This document shows, one piece after another, positions 57,501-64,000 of a stretch of DNA of 64,000 nt; the stretch's first letter is position 1; every line of letters starts with the position of its first letter. The translations under genes were made by a program, and so were the position numbers. The stretch lies in NCBI GenBank assembly GCA_951804945.1, contig OX638149.1, positions 117,242,001 through 117,306,000 of the forward strand, in the 5' to 3' direction. The notes beneath the pieces were generated by a model. It did not search any database and was not told the origin of the DNA. It saw only the letters and a program-made list of their open reading frames with translations. The DNA comes from Podarcis cretensis. Its lineage: Eukaryota.

Positions 57501-60500
57501 AGAAGAAAAGAGACTTCGGATGCCTTATGAGATCCCAGAGCCTCGCAGACATGCAGCTGCTACTCTGGAAGAAGATCAGAACATCAAACTGTTTGTGCCT
57601 ATGTCAGACATGAAGTGGTACAAGAAGCTGAGAGACCAATATGAAATGCCAGGGAAACTTGATAGAATTGTTCAGAAGCGACCAAAGCGCATTCGCCTTT
57701 CCAGATGGGAACAGTTCTATGTGATGCCACTGCCACGCATTACTGATCAGTATAAACCTAAGTGGCGGATACCCAAATTGTCACAAGATGATCTCGAGAC
57801 CGTCAGGCCAGCACGCCGGCGTACACCATCTCCTGATTATGAATTTTATTACCGACCAAGAAGACGCTCACTTAGTGACCTGTCAGATGAAGAACTGCTG
57901 CTACCAGTTGATGATTATTTAGCCATGAAGAGAACTGAAGAAGAAAGACTGCGACTTGAAGAAGAACTGGAGCTGGGCTTTTCTGCATCACCTCCAAGCA
58001 GAAGCCCTCCACGCTTTGAACTGTCTTCTCTCCATTACACGGCAGCAGATGCTCATATTGCCACAGAGGAATCTAGGCAAAGAGAGCTGAGGTATGGCAC
58101 TTATCACATACCCTCTAAAGAAGATACCGCTGCATCTTATGCACAGCTCCGGCAACGCCATGACAGAGCAATTTATAGACCACCAAAACAAAAACAGAGA
58201 ATAATGTCCGAGAAAGAGGATGAAGAGCTGCTGCGACCAGTAAAAACAACCCGCCGGCTTGCTGAATACAAGAGTGAGCTTGAGTATATGTCACAAGAAG
58301 AAAAGAGCCGAATGAGAAGAAGGAGAGAGAGAGAAATAACTGAGGTCAGATCAGAAGAGGAAGAGGAAGAAATAGAAATGGTGAGGCACGTTCACCGGGA
58401 ATTTTCTCCTCCCTCAAGATTACTAGGAAGAAGGCGCTCTCTTTCTCCAACTTACATTGAATTAATGCGTCCTGTGTCTGAATTAATTCGACCCCAATCA
58501 CACCCTGTGGAAGAAACAGAGAGAAGATCTCCCACACCAGAGAGAACACGGCCACGTTCACCAAGCCCAGTGTCTAGTGAGAGATCTCTCTCACGATTTG
58601 AAAGGACAGCAAGATTTGATATATTTTCCAGGTATGAATCCATGAAAGCTGCTTTGAAAACCCAAAAAACAATGGAACGGAAATATGAAGTTCTGACTCA
58701 AGAACCTTTCACTCTGGATCATGCCCCACGCATAACTCTGAGAATGCGCTCACATCGTGTACCGTGTAACACCAACACCAGATTCATTTTGAATGTCCAG
58801 TCCAAACCAACTGCTGAAGTGAAATGGTATCACAATGGTGTTGAAATTCAGGAAAGCCATAAGATTCATTTCACTAATACTAGTGGCGTATTAACCTTGG
58901 AGATTCTTGATTGCCACATTGATGATAGTGGTACATACCGTGCTGTGTGCACAAATTATAAAGGAGAATGTTCTGACTATGCAACATTAGATGTTACAGG
59001 AGGAGACTACACTACATATACCTCCCAGCGAAGAGATGAGGAAGTACCAAGATCTATTGTACCAGACTTGACAAGGACTGCAGCATATGCAATCTCCTCA
59101 TTTAAGAAAGTCTCTGAAACAGAAGCAAGTTCTTCGATAAGAGCAAGCAAATCAGAACTGACAGAAACCAGAGAATCGCTATCATCGTACGAGCACCATG
59201 CTTCTGCTGAAATGAGAGTCAGTAGTTCAGAGGAAAAATCATTGGAAGAAAGAGCTGTTCATCGGAAGTTTAAGACCACTCTGCCTGCAACAATATTAAC
59301 AAAGCCACGGTCAATCACTGTCTCTGAAGGGGAGACTGCAAGATTTTCTTGTGACATTGATGGTGAACCAACACCAACTGTAACATGGATCCGTGCAAGT
59401 CAAGCTATTGTTTCTTCTGGACGCTTCCAAGTAACACGTACGCAGTATAAATCTACCTTTGAAATTTCATCTGTCCAGACCTCAGATGAAGGAAGTTACA
59501 CTGTTGTGGTAGAAAATTCTGAAGGAAGACAGGAAGCCCACTTTAGTTTGACTGTACAAAGGAAAAGGGTCCCAGAAAAAGCAATTACATCACCTCCAAG
59601 GGTCAAATCTCCTGAGCCTCATGTTAAGTCCCCAGACAGAGTAAAATCTCCCAAGCGAGTAAAATCCCCCGAACCATCTCCTGCCCACTCTAAAGCCAAG
59701 TCAACACCTGCAGGTAAAACAACACCATCAGAGAAAGCAGACTTGCCTCTTGCTGTTCCCCCTAAGATAAAACAACAGCTGAAAGTGGAAGCTTCTGGGG
59801 ACAAAGCAAAATTCTTCTGTTCAGTTGAAAGCAGTGTTTTGAGTGTCCGAGAAGTAGCCTGGTACAAAGATGGCAAGAAACTAAAAGAGGACGATCATTT
59901 CAAATTTCATTATGCAGCTGATGGAACATATGAACTTAAAATCCATAACCTCAAGGAATCTGATCAAGGTGAATATACATGCGAGATTGTTGGGGAAGGT
60001 GGCGCCTCCAAAACCAACTTTCAGTTTGTTGGCCAAGCTTTTAAAAGTATTCATTCTCAGGTGTCAAGCTTAAGCAAAACTCAAAAATCAGTTCAGAAAG
60101 AGTCTGAAATACATGAAGTATCTGCCCAGAAAAAATCTGCAATGACTTCTCAAGAAAAGACAGTGGTTGAAGAAGAATATGTTAAAAAGTCTCTTGTGTC
60201 TGATGAAGCTAAAACATCTTACACAGAAGTTAAATCTACTACCACTAAAATGACTGTGTCTGAAGGTCAAAAATCTACCCTTAAAGCCAGTATTGCTGGT
60301 GCTTCTAATGTAAAATGGTTACTGAATGGAATAGAGCTAACTAACTCTGAAGATTATAGATATGGTGTATCAGGAAGTGATCATACTCTAACTATCCAAA
60401 AAGTGACCCAGAAAGATGAAGGAATACTTACCTGTGAAGGAAAGACTGAACAGGGTATCATCAAATGTCACTTTGAAATGAGTCTTTCAAAAGATCAATC

Positions 60501-61414
60501 AAATGCCCCAGCCTTTATCATACAACCGAAATCTCAAAACATCAACGAAGGACAAGATGTGTTGCTTACCTGTGAAGTTTCTGGAGATCCTTCCCCTGAA
60601 ATCCACTGGTTTAAAGATAACCAGCCAGTAAGTAATTACTTATGTCAGCCTTGAAATTAAATGATCCATTCTTAACCCTGAGTATAATTTGATCTTAACA
60701 AAGTATCTCTTTCATCATCAGATTGCTCTCTCATCCAACTTCCGAGTAAATCGCTCCAAGAATGTTTATTCTCTTGCAATCCAAAATGCTTTAGTGAGTG
60801 ATAGTGGAAAATACACAGTCAAAGCGAAAAACTTCCATGGGCAGTGTTCTGCAACAGCATCTCTGACCGTCCTTCGTAAGTTTTTTAAAAGTCTTGTCTT
60901 AATATGAGTAGGGCTTCTACGATATGGCAAAAGCAGTTGATTGTTTTGATTCTTTAACGAGCTGTTAGTTTCATTACTGAACCTAAAATGCAATATACAT
61001 TATAATTACAAAATACTGAATTTAAAATATATGTACTTATATGTTTCTCACCCGCTCAGTGTTACCAGAAGGCTTTGAACATCTTGCTATTAACCCGTTG
61101 GTTCCAGTGATCACTATTTAATAAACTATCAGAATAATTAATGCCCAAGGGGTTAGTTCTCTGAATTTTCTTCTTACGTTTCATTAAACTTCTCAGATAC
61201 AAACTTGCTGCATTTTAAAATCATCTGGATACCAGGAGCCAACGGGTTTCTCTATGTTTTGCTGTTGATGTATATGTATGTGCTTGTGTTTAAGGAAAAC
61301 AGCAGTGTGTTTTTTTATGGTGGTGTAGTAGTTTTAATGGCAGAATACCTGCCGAGTTATGTAAAATAAGAAGGGGAAACAAAGCACCATCCAAAGGGGC
61401 TGTATCTTTTTTAA

Positions 61415-61458
<44 letters not shown>

Positions 61459-62334
61459 TCCATGATTAGGAACATTATTACAATGAAATTCTGTTTTCCT
61501 TAAACAGCAAGCCAGTCTCTTTCTCCATCCATAAAGTATATATATTTAAGTCACATGGCTTACCAGTCAACGTGATGTCATTGGTTTTTCCGTTCTATGT
61601 TTGCTATTGTCCACAGCTCTAATTGAAGAACCTCCAAAAGAGGTAGTGTTGAGAACAAGTGGTGATGCAAGCATGCAGGAAAGTTTCTCTTCGCAGTCAT
61701 TTCAAATGTCCGCTTCTAAACAAGAAGCTTCGTTCAGCAGTAGCAGCAGTAGCAGCATGAGTGAGATGAAATTTGCAAGCATGTCTGCCAAAAGCATGTC
61801 CTCCATGCAAGAATCCTTTGTAGAGATGAGTACCAGCAGTATAATGGGGAAATCTAGTCTGACCCAACTGGAGAGTTCTTCTAGTAGAATGATTAAATCT
61901 GGTATGAGAGGTGAGCAATACTATTATACGTAGAGTTAGAAAAACACCACAATATCCTAGATATGTAGAATTAGTCATTACAGTAGAACTTCAGTTTCCG
62001 CTAAGAACTAACTTGATTTTTTCCCCTCCCATTTTGCAAAGGAATACCACCCAAAATTGAAGCTCTTCCAAACGATATCTCCATTGAGGAAGGAAAAGTT
62101 CTCACCATATCCTGTGCCTTCACTGGTGAACCTACTCCTGACATAACATGGTCCTGCAAAGGGAAAAGCATTTCTAGTCAAGGTGGTAGATTCCACGTTG
62201 AAACCAGTGAAGACTTAACCACTCTTATCATCATGGATGTTCAAAAGGACGACGGGGGACTTTATACACTGAATTTAGGAAATGATTTTGGCACTGACTC
62301 TGCCACTGTGAATATTAACATTCGATCAATTTAA
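1..62334 (+). CDS. TTN: Titin, 3' portion (A-band D6 + C1-C11 super-repeats, P-zone, titin kinase, M-band); spliced, 5'-incomplete, 58 coding exons in window
   Basis: Ig/Fn3 super-repeat pattern, titin kinase with EFG, KSP repeats and C-terminus ...[11 protein letters not shown]; all exons bounded by AG/GT and join in frame. Confidence 0.99.
2276..2596 (+). CDS. TTN: TTN exon ~305; Fn3 A42
   Basis: tacag|AACCA ... CTTG|gtaat; [12 protein letters not shown]. Confidence 0.93.
2679..2963 (+). CDS. TTN: TTN exon ~306; Ig A43 (start of C-zone)
   Basis: ttcag|AACC ... CTTG|gtgag; [13 protein letters not shown]. Confidence 0.93.
3120..3419 (+). CDS. TTN: TTN exon ~307; Fn3 A44
   Basis: aatag|ATAC ... 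CTAA|gtaagt. Confidence 0.93.
3494..3546. repeat. (TAA)n/(TAAA)n microsatellite, tail of the adjacent L2 element
   Basis: Direct reading. Confidence 0.9.
3494..3677 (-). mobile_element. L2-clade LINE 3' end fragment
   Basis: ttatttataccctgcccatctggctgggtt...ccactctgggcagcttccaaca matches the 3' end of the longer copy at 11556-11973. Confidence 0.8.
4080..4326. mobile_element. Tc1/mariner(pogo)-type MITE
   Basis: TIRs ccatattggcctgaatataagcc / ggcttatattcaggccaatacgg (1 mismatch), TA on both flanks (4078-79, 4327-28), internal gcggctta repeats. Confidence 0.85.
4495..4797 (+). CDS. TTN: TTN exon ~308; Fn3 A45
   Basis: taag|GTGAA ... CTGA|gtaagt. Confidence 0.93.
4974..5575 (+). repeat. 186-bp direct repeat pair (4974-5159, 5390-5575) flanking a 230-bp GC-rich insert
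   Basis: Copies identical except one C/T (ggggcttat vs ggggtttat). Confidence 0.95.
5160..5389 (-). promoter_or_regulatory. CpG-rich promoter-like cassette (CCAAT box, GC box, TATA-like, kappaB-like site)
   Basis: Minus strand reads AGCCAATCGG...GGGGGCGGGGC...CATTTAAGG; 14 CpGs in 230 bp; motif-level evidence only. Confidence 0.45.
5872..6013. mobile_element. Degenerate hAT-type MITE related to 39696-39831
   Basis: ctccaga...ggactgcaactc / gaagttgcggtcc...tttggag imperfect palindrome. Confidence 0.55.
6200..6475 (+). CDS. TTN: TTN exon ~309; Ig A46
   Basis: ttcag|TGCCG ... ATGG|gtac. Confidence 0.93.
6579..6878 (+). CDS. TTN: TTN exon ~310; Fn3 A47
   Basis: gtag|ATGT ... TTTG|gtatg. Confidence 0.93.
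6970..7272 (+). CDS. TTN: TTN exon ~311; Fn3 A48
   Basis: acag|ATGT ... GTTG|gtaag. Confidence 0.93.
7596..7895 (+). CDS. TTN: TTN exon ~312; Fn3 A49
   Basis: ttag|ATCC ... AATG|gtaag. Confidence 0.93.
8016..8303 (+). CDS. TTN: TTN exon ~313; Ig A50
   Basis: gcag|TACC ... CTAG|gtagg. Confidence 0.93.
8400..8696 (+). CDS. TTN: TTN exon ~314; Fn3 A51
   Basis: ccag|ACAA ... TATG|gtaag. Confidence 0.93.
8787..9089 (+). CDS. TTN: TTN exon ~315; Fn3 A52
   Basis: atag|ATGT ... CAGT|gtaag. Confidence 0.93.
9197..9502 (+). CDS. TTN: TTN exon ~316; Fn3 A53
   Basis: tcag|ATCC ... TTAA|gtaag. Confidence 0.93.
10281..10568 (+). CDS. TTN: TTN exon ~317; Ig A54
   Basis: gcag|TTCC ... CTTG|gtaag. Confidence 0.93.
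10671..10961 (+). CDS. TTN: TTN exon ~318; Fn3 A55
   Basis: acag|ATAC ... TCTG|gtgag. Confidence 0.93.
11070..11357 (+). CDS. TTN: TTN exon ~319; Fn3 A56
   Basis: ctag|AAAC ... ATAG|gtgag. Confidence 0.93.
11556..11973 (-). mobile_element. 5'-truncated L2-clade LINE (ORF2 C-terminus, 3'UTR and (TTA)n tail)
   Basis: Minus [23 protein letters not shown]...[15 protein letters not shown] is typical of the L2 ORF2 C-terminus; 9-bp TSD acatacaat at 11547-55 and 11974-82. Confidence 0.9.
12008..12598 (+). CDS. TTN: TTN exon ~320; Ig A57 + Fn3 A58
   Basis: ccag|TGGC ... TTTG|gtaag. Confidence 0.93.
12684..12788 (+). CDS. TTN: TTN exon ~321; N-terminal part of Fn3 A59 (not in ORF track)
   Basis: ttag|ATGTT; [36 protein letters not shown]; ACAG|gtatt. 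Confidence 0.92.
13336..13533 (+). CDS. TTN: TTN exon ~322; C-terminal part of Fn3 A59
   Basis: gtag|GTTAC ([10 protein letters not shown]) ... ATTG|gtaag. Confidence 0.93.
13623..13919 (+). CDS. TTN: TTN exon ~323; Fn3 A60
   Basis: tcag|ATCC ... TATG|gtacg. Confidence 0.93.
14002..14589 (+). CDS. TTN: TTN exon ~324; Ig A61 + Fn3 A62
   Basis: acag|AGGC ... TTTG|gtaag. Confidence 0.93.
14689..14991 (+). CDS. TTN: TTN exon ~325; Fn3 A63
   Basis: ttag|GGCC ... GCAT|gttagt. Confidence 0.92.
15097..32199 (+). CDS. TTN: TTN giant A-band exon (~326), 17,103 bp; A64-A121
   Basis: atag|ATCC ... ACAG|gtttg; uninterrupted ~5,700-codon frame with 11-domain super-repeats. Confidence 0.97.
32421..32541 (+). 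mobile_element. Short L2 3'-end fragment with (TTAGTA)n tail
   Basis: ccctatttagggaagttttta...ggagctgcacagagtggctg resembles the reverse complement of 11600-11695. Confidence 0.65.
32676..32972 (+). CDS. TTN: TTN exon ~327; Fn3 A122
   Basis: tcag|AAAA ... CTAG|gtatg. Confidence 0.93.
33322..33909 (+). CDS. TTN: TTN exon ~328; Ig A123 + Fn3 A124
   Basis: tcag|AATC ... TACA|gtaag. Confidence 0.93.
33948..34147 (-). mobile_element. Retroposed 200-bp insertion (L1-type 3' end) with 13-bp TSD
   Basis: TSD ttctgagtttttc at 33935-47 and 34148-60; oligo-T at 33948-55 and TTTATT (minus-strand AATAAA) at 33965-70. Confidence 0.75.
34207..34509 (+). CDS. TTN: TTN exon ~329; Fn3 A125
   Basis: ttag|CACC ... 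TGTG|gtatg. Confidence 0.93.
34638..34934 (+). CDS. TTN: TTN exon ~330; Fn3 A126
   Basis: gcag|AGCC ... TATG|gtaag. Confidence 0.93.
35187..35474 (+). CDS. TTN: TTN exon ~331; Ig A127
   Basis: taag|GTGC ... CTTG|gtatg. Confidence 0.93.
35576..35875 (+). CDS. TTN: TTN exon ~332; Fn3 A128
   Basis: acag|ATAA ... TTTG|gtaag. Confidence 0.93.
35994..36296 (+). CDS. TTN: TTN exon ~333; Fn3 A129
   Basis: gcag|TTAC ... ATAG|gtaag. Confidence 0.93.
36444..36749 (+). CDS. TTN: TTN exon ~334; Fn3 A130
   Basis: gcag|AAAA ... CTTG|gtatg. Confidence 0.93.
36866..38632 (+). CDS. TTN: TTN exon ~335; A131-A136
   Basis: gcag|AGGA ... GTAG|gtaag; 1,767 bp. Confidence 0.94.
38723..39019 (+). CDS. TTN: TTN exon ~336; Fn3 A137
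   Basis: tcag|ATCC ... GCCG|gtaag. Confidence 0.93.
39347..39484. other. Assembly gap (N run), intronic
   Basis: 138 N; the flanking exons are consecutive domains, so no exon appears to be lost. Confidence 0.99.
39598..39624. repeat. (AATC)n microsatellite
   Basis: Direct reading. Confidence 0.9.
39696..39831. mobile_element. hAT-type MITE, 136 bp, with perfect 8-bp TSD
   Basis: TIR caggcttcctcaac / gttgaggaagcctg; TSD cacttgag at 39688-95 and 39832-39; whole element is near-palindromic. Confidence 0.92.
40164..40451 (+). CDS. TTN: TTN exon ~337; Ig A138
   Basis: ttag|TTGC ... CACG|gtaac. Confidence 0.93.
40547..40846 (+). CDS. TTN: TTN exon ~338; Fn3 A139
   Basis: acag|ATAC ... TATA|gtaag. 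Confidence 0.93.
40936..43002 (+). CDS. TTN: TTN exon ~339; A140-A146
   Basis: acag|CTGT ... TTTG|gtaag; 2,067 bp. Confidence 0.94.
43120..43422 (+). CDS. TTN: TTN exon ~340; Fn3 A147
   Basis: tcag|TCCC ... GTTG|gtaag. Confidence 0.93.
43512..43817 (+). CDS. TTN: TTN exon ~341; Fn3 A148
   Basis: acag|ATCC ... TACT|gtaag. Confidence 0.93.
43918..44208 (+). CDS. TTN: TTN exon ~342; Ig A149
   Basis: atag|CACC ... CTTG|gtgag. Confidence 0.93.
44329..44628 (+). CDS. TTN: TTN exon ~343; Fn3 A150 (orthologue of the HMERF hotspot domain)
   Basis: atag|ATTC ... TTCA|gtaag; DSPGPC...EKCTLAW.MPQEDGG...NKYGPG. Confidence 0.93.
44750..45055 (+). CDS. TTN: TTN exon ~344; Fn3 A151
   Basis: acag|CTAT ... 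TCAT|gtaag. Confidence 0.93.
45226..45599 (-). mobile_element. CR1 LINE 3' end
   Basis: (ATTCTATG)-type tail on the minus strand; decayed ORF2 C-terminus [19 protein letters not shown] resembles the CR1 LFSLEKRRLRGDLI motif. Confidence 0.85.
45688..45886 (-). mobile_element. L2 LINE 3' end with (AAT)n tail
   Basis: Matches 11570-11763 (cactctgggcggcttccaaca...tgacatctg.tgggagggc.ttccac). Confidence 0.85.
46177..46482 (+). CDS. TTN: TTN exon ~345; Fn3 A152
   Basis: aaag|ATAC ... CTAG|gtaat. Confidence 0.93.
46592..46873 (+). CDS. TTN: TTN exon ~346; Ig A153
   Basis: atag|AAAT ... TATG|gtaag. Confidence 0.93.
47095..47688 (+). CDS. TTN: TTN exon ~347; Fn3 A154-A155
   Basis: acag|ATAC ... 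AAAG|gtaag. Confidence 0.93.
47793..48080 (+). CDS. TTN: TTN exon ~348; Ig A156
   Basis: ttag|TTCT ... CTGG|gtaag. Confidence 0.93.
48202..48501 (+). CDS. TTN: TTN exon ~349; Fn3 A157
   Basis: acag|ACAA ... ATCA|gtaag. Confidence 0.93.
48721..49023 (+). CDS. TTN: TTN exon ~350; Fn3 A158
   Basis: gtag|GTGT ... ATTG|gtaaa. Confidence 0.93.
49175..49477 (+). CDS. TTN: TTN exon ~351; Fn3 A159
   Basis: tcag|CTCC ... CTTG|gtaag. Confidence 0.93.
49569..50153 (+). CDS. TTN: TTN exon ~352; Ig A160 + Fn3 A161
   Basis: ccag|AACT ... TTGA|gtaag. Confidence 0.93.
50215..50487 (-). mobile_element. Old tRNA-derived CORE/MIR-like SINE interrupted by a ~90-bp palindromic element (~50322-50410)
   Basis: atcct.ataataaacctgtgaggtagg...actgcccaa...agtgagttcatg.ctga...ctcttaac is the MIR-like pattern; A-box-like tggcataggagttaagag on the minus strand. 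Confidence 0.6.
50525..50830 (+). CDS. TTN: TTN exon ~353; Fn3 A162
   Basis: acag|ATCC ... TTTG|gtacg. Confidence 0.93.
50931..51230 (+). CDS. TTN: TTN exon ~354; Fn3 A163 (not in ORF track)
   Basis: acag|ACAAACC; [41 protein letters not shown]...; ACAT|gtacg. Confidence 0.93.
51574..52149 (+). CDS. TTN: TTN exon ~355; Ig A164-A165
   Basis: atag|CTGG ... CAAG|gtatg. Confidence 0.93.
52233..52538 (+). CDS. TTN: TTN exon ~356; Fn3 A166
   Basis: gtag|ATAA ... TTTG|gtaag. Confidence 0.93.
52633..53226 (+). CDS. TTN: TTN exon ~357; Fn3 A167 + Ig A168
   Basis: acag|AAAA ... GAAG|gtaag. Confidence 0.93.
54674..60627 (+). CDS. TTN: TTN fused M-band exon (Mex1+Mex3 equivalent): A169, A170, kinase, M1-M6, M8, N-terminal half of M9
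   Basis: gcag|TTCC ... CAGCCA|gtaagt; single open frame of 5,954 bp. Confidence 0.93.
55363..56127 (+). other. TTN: Titin kinase domain (CAMK/MLCK-like, pseudokinase-type)
   Basis: GRGQFG loop, [14 protein letters not shown] instead of DFG, EYYAPE; preceded by the NYD linker motif. Confidence 0.95.
59602..59670 (+). repeat. TTN: Four VKSP phosphorylation repeats (is4)
   Basis: [23 protein letters not shown]. Confidence 0.92.
60722..60875 (+). CDS. TTN: TTN Mex4; C-terminal half of M9
   Basis: atcag|ATTGCT ... CTTC|gtaag; 154 bp, phase-0 acceptor. Confidence 0.93.
61415..61457. repeat. (ATT)n microsatellite
   Basis: Direct reading. Confidence 0.9.
61617..61910 (+). CDS. TTN: TTN Mex5; Ser-rich is7 (alternatively spliced in mammals)
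   Basis: acag|CTCT ... AGAG|gtgag; 294 bp, frame-preserving. Confidence 0.93.
62042..62334 (+). CDS. TTN: TTN Mex6 coding part; Ig M10 and stop (not in ORF track)
   Basis: caaag|GAATA; [19 protein letters not shown]...[14 protein letters not shown]. Confidence 0.95.
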
Positions 62335-63350
62335 AAGCTTGATCTTTTTTTATTTTTTGGCACTTGACTTTTGGCAAGTGATTCATATGGACTGAAATAA
62401 TTGATTTGTAAATATATATAAAAAAATATTTTTGTACCTACCTGAACCAGACAAAGTCCAAGGATAGACGCTATGACTTATAGTCATTATTATTTGACTT
62501 TAAAACAATTTTTCATTTGACATGTACATACTGTATATAGCCGCAGATAACGGTTATGGAGCTTTGTACCATTTATTTTATGACATTTTAAAATGTAACT
62601 TTTGGAACAAACCGTTGGTAGGAGAAAGTTTCTTAGGGAACGAATACCCTGCTCAACATTTAACTAATTTTTGTGCCTCAACAAAATGTTGATGTCTAAG
62701 AATGCCTCAACAGGTAGAGAGGCTCCCTGTTGATGACTTATTTTACCGACACCTAAGAGATGATGCTGTGCACGGTTTCATTATACGTGCACGAATTTAT
62801 TTTGAATCAGAGACATAAGGCATTGGTGAGGTTTGCAAATACCCTCCTGTAAGCCACACTTTAATATCTTATGTTACATCTGATCAACGTCAAAACTATA
62901 TTTTGTTCATGACTGACTCGCAATACCTTGAACAAAGTGCAAGCGGCCAGCATTTTGTTCAGCACCTATCGTATTGTTTCTGACACGCCGACTACCCAAA
63001 TAGCTTTCCAGTAAAGTAACATCACCTGGCCATCCCGTTAAAAAAAAAGCCATTTGGGTACTCGAGTGCAGAAACAGTACCAACTCTTGGAGGTTCCTAG
63101 GATGCAGTGATTGTGTGGTAGCAATTAGGATTTTGGCTAGATACTGTCAACTGTAGGCAACTAAGATTTGAACCACAGTTTAAGAAAAGCTAAAACTGTT
63201 GTTATAACATCACATCTTGCCCTGAACTTAGAAAAAAAATGAATTAGTTTTATTTTATGTAGTAGTAAGTTGTTCGGTTAGCTGTTTTGTTGAACCTCCT
63301 CGAGATAGTATTGTTCATTTGAAATAAAGCATGCTACCTGCACCTCATCA
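62335..63350 (+). other. TTN: TTN 3'UTR (~1 kb)
   Basis: From stop codon to ~20 nt past AATAAA; resembles the mammalian TTN 3'UTR as recalled. Confidence 0.75.
63323..63328 (+). terminator. Polyadenylation signal AATAAA
   Basis: Followed by GU/U-rich downstream sequence (gtgtatgtttctggtccttgt...tttctttattttt). Confidence 0.8.
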
Positions 63351-64000
63351 AGTGTATGTTTCTGGTCCTTGTATGCACTTTCTTTATTTTTGGATGCCTG
63401 CATTTACCACATTCAGCCGCTGTCCATCTTAAGTGAGATTTCTCCCTGCTTATATTCATTCTTCGCTACATCCAGCGAAAACTACATCTCCTGAGATGCG
63501 CAGTATCCATTATTGGAATACATTTGGGACAATTCCTAATTTATAATGACAGGAGAACAGGTCACATAGGTAGCACATTAGCAATAAAAGAAAAAGAAAG
63601 GGCTCGGCTTCACTAGAGGGATAAGGCCTCAAAGTCAATAGGCTGAGGTAAAAATGGTCATAAAAGTGGAAGGCATTGCCCGGGGGGGGGGGGGGAGTGT
63701 AGTTTACAAGCAAAATATTATAACCTAAAATGACTTCATTAATTTGTACCTTTTTTAAAAAAAAAATTCATTAGGAGGCCCAGAAACCAAACGCCTAGGC
63801 CTGTCAGCACTTCTTGCCTTCTTCAGTCCCAGCCATGCACCAATGGAGGTGTTATGGTGTACTGAAGAGAGAATTAAATGCAGTAGTGTATAAATGCTAT
63901 GCGAAGTATAGATAATGATCCTCACAGGTGTGGATGTTCAGTTGTATTGTAGTGTTAATTCCTGAAGTACAATGAAATGGCAGGGCTGGGAAGGGAGAGG

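Noticed and set aside
233-60993. Dozens of minus-strand and alternate-frame ORFs overlapping titin exons (e.g. 15203-15781, 30833-31450)
   Set aside because: Shadow frames of the Fn3/Ig codon pattern; no recognisable proteins and no independent gene structure.
63583-63588. Second AATAAA downstream
   Set aside because: Lies in a purine run with no GU-rich downstream element; 63323 fits better.
1-64000. U12 or non-canonical introns, pseudogenisation, CRISPR arrays or RNA genes
   Set aside because: All traced introns are GT-AG without the GTATCCTT donor; reading frames are intact; no arrays or tRNA/rRNA genes seen.

Overview
Vertebrate genomic DNA (repeat content suggests a squamate, probably a lacertid-type lizard; this is inference) containing the 3' part of the titin gene (TTN) on the + strand. 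It runs from the end of the A-band D-zone (A34-A42) through all eleven C-zone super-repeats (A43-A163), the P-zone, titin kinase and the M-band to the stop codon (62334) and a ~1 kb 3'UTR with AATAAA at 63323. I traced 58 GT-AG coding exons, including a 17,103-bp giant exon. Exon and domain numbers refer to the human 363-exon model as recalled, not to an alignment. Main observations: (1) M-band exons Mex1-Mex3 are one 5,954-bp exon that lacks Ig domain M7; (2) a 230-bp CpG-rich, promoter-like cassette (CCAAT/GC/TATA-like, antisense) sits between two near-identical 186-bp direct repeats in an intron; (3) the kinase ATP pocket carries substitutions (beta2 V>A, gatekeeper F>S); (4) the 3'UTR has an array of hairpins and three Pumilio elements; (5) a 14-bp intronic duplex lies upstream of alternatively spliced Mex5. 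Introns also contain L2, CR1 and L1-type LINE ends, a SINE, and hAT and mariner-type MITEs. There is one assembly gap (39347-39484).
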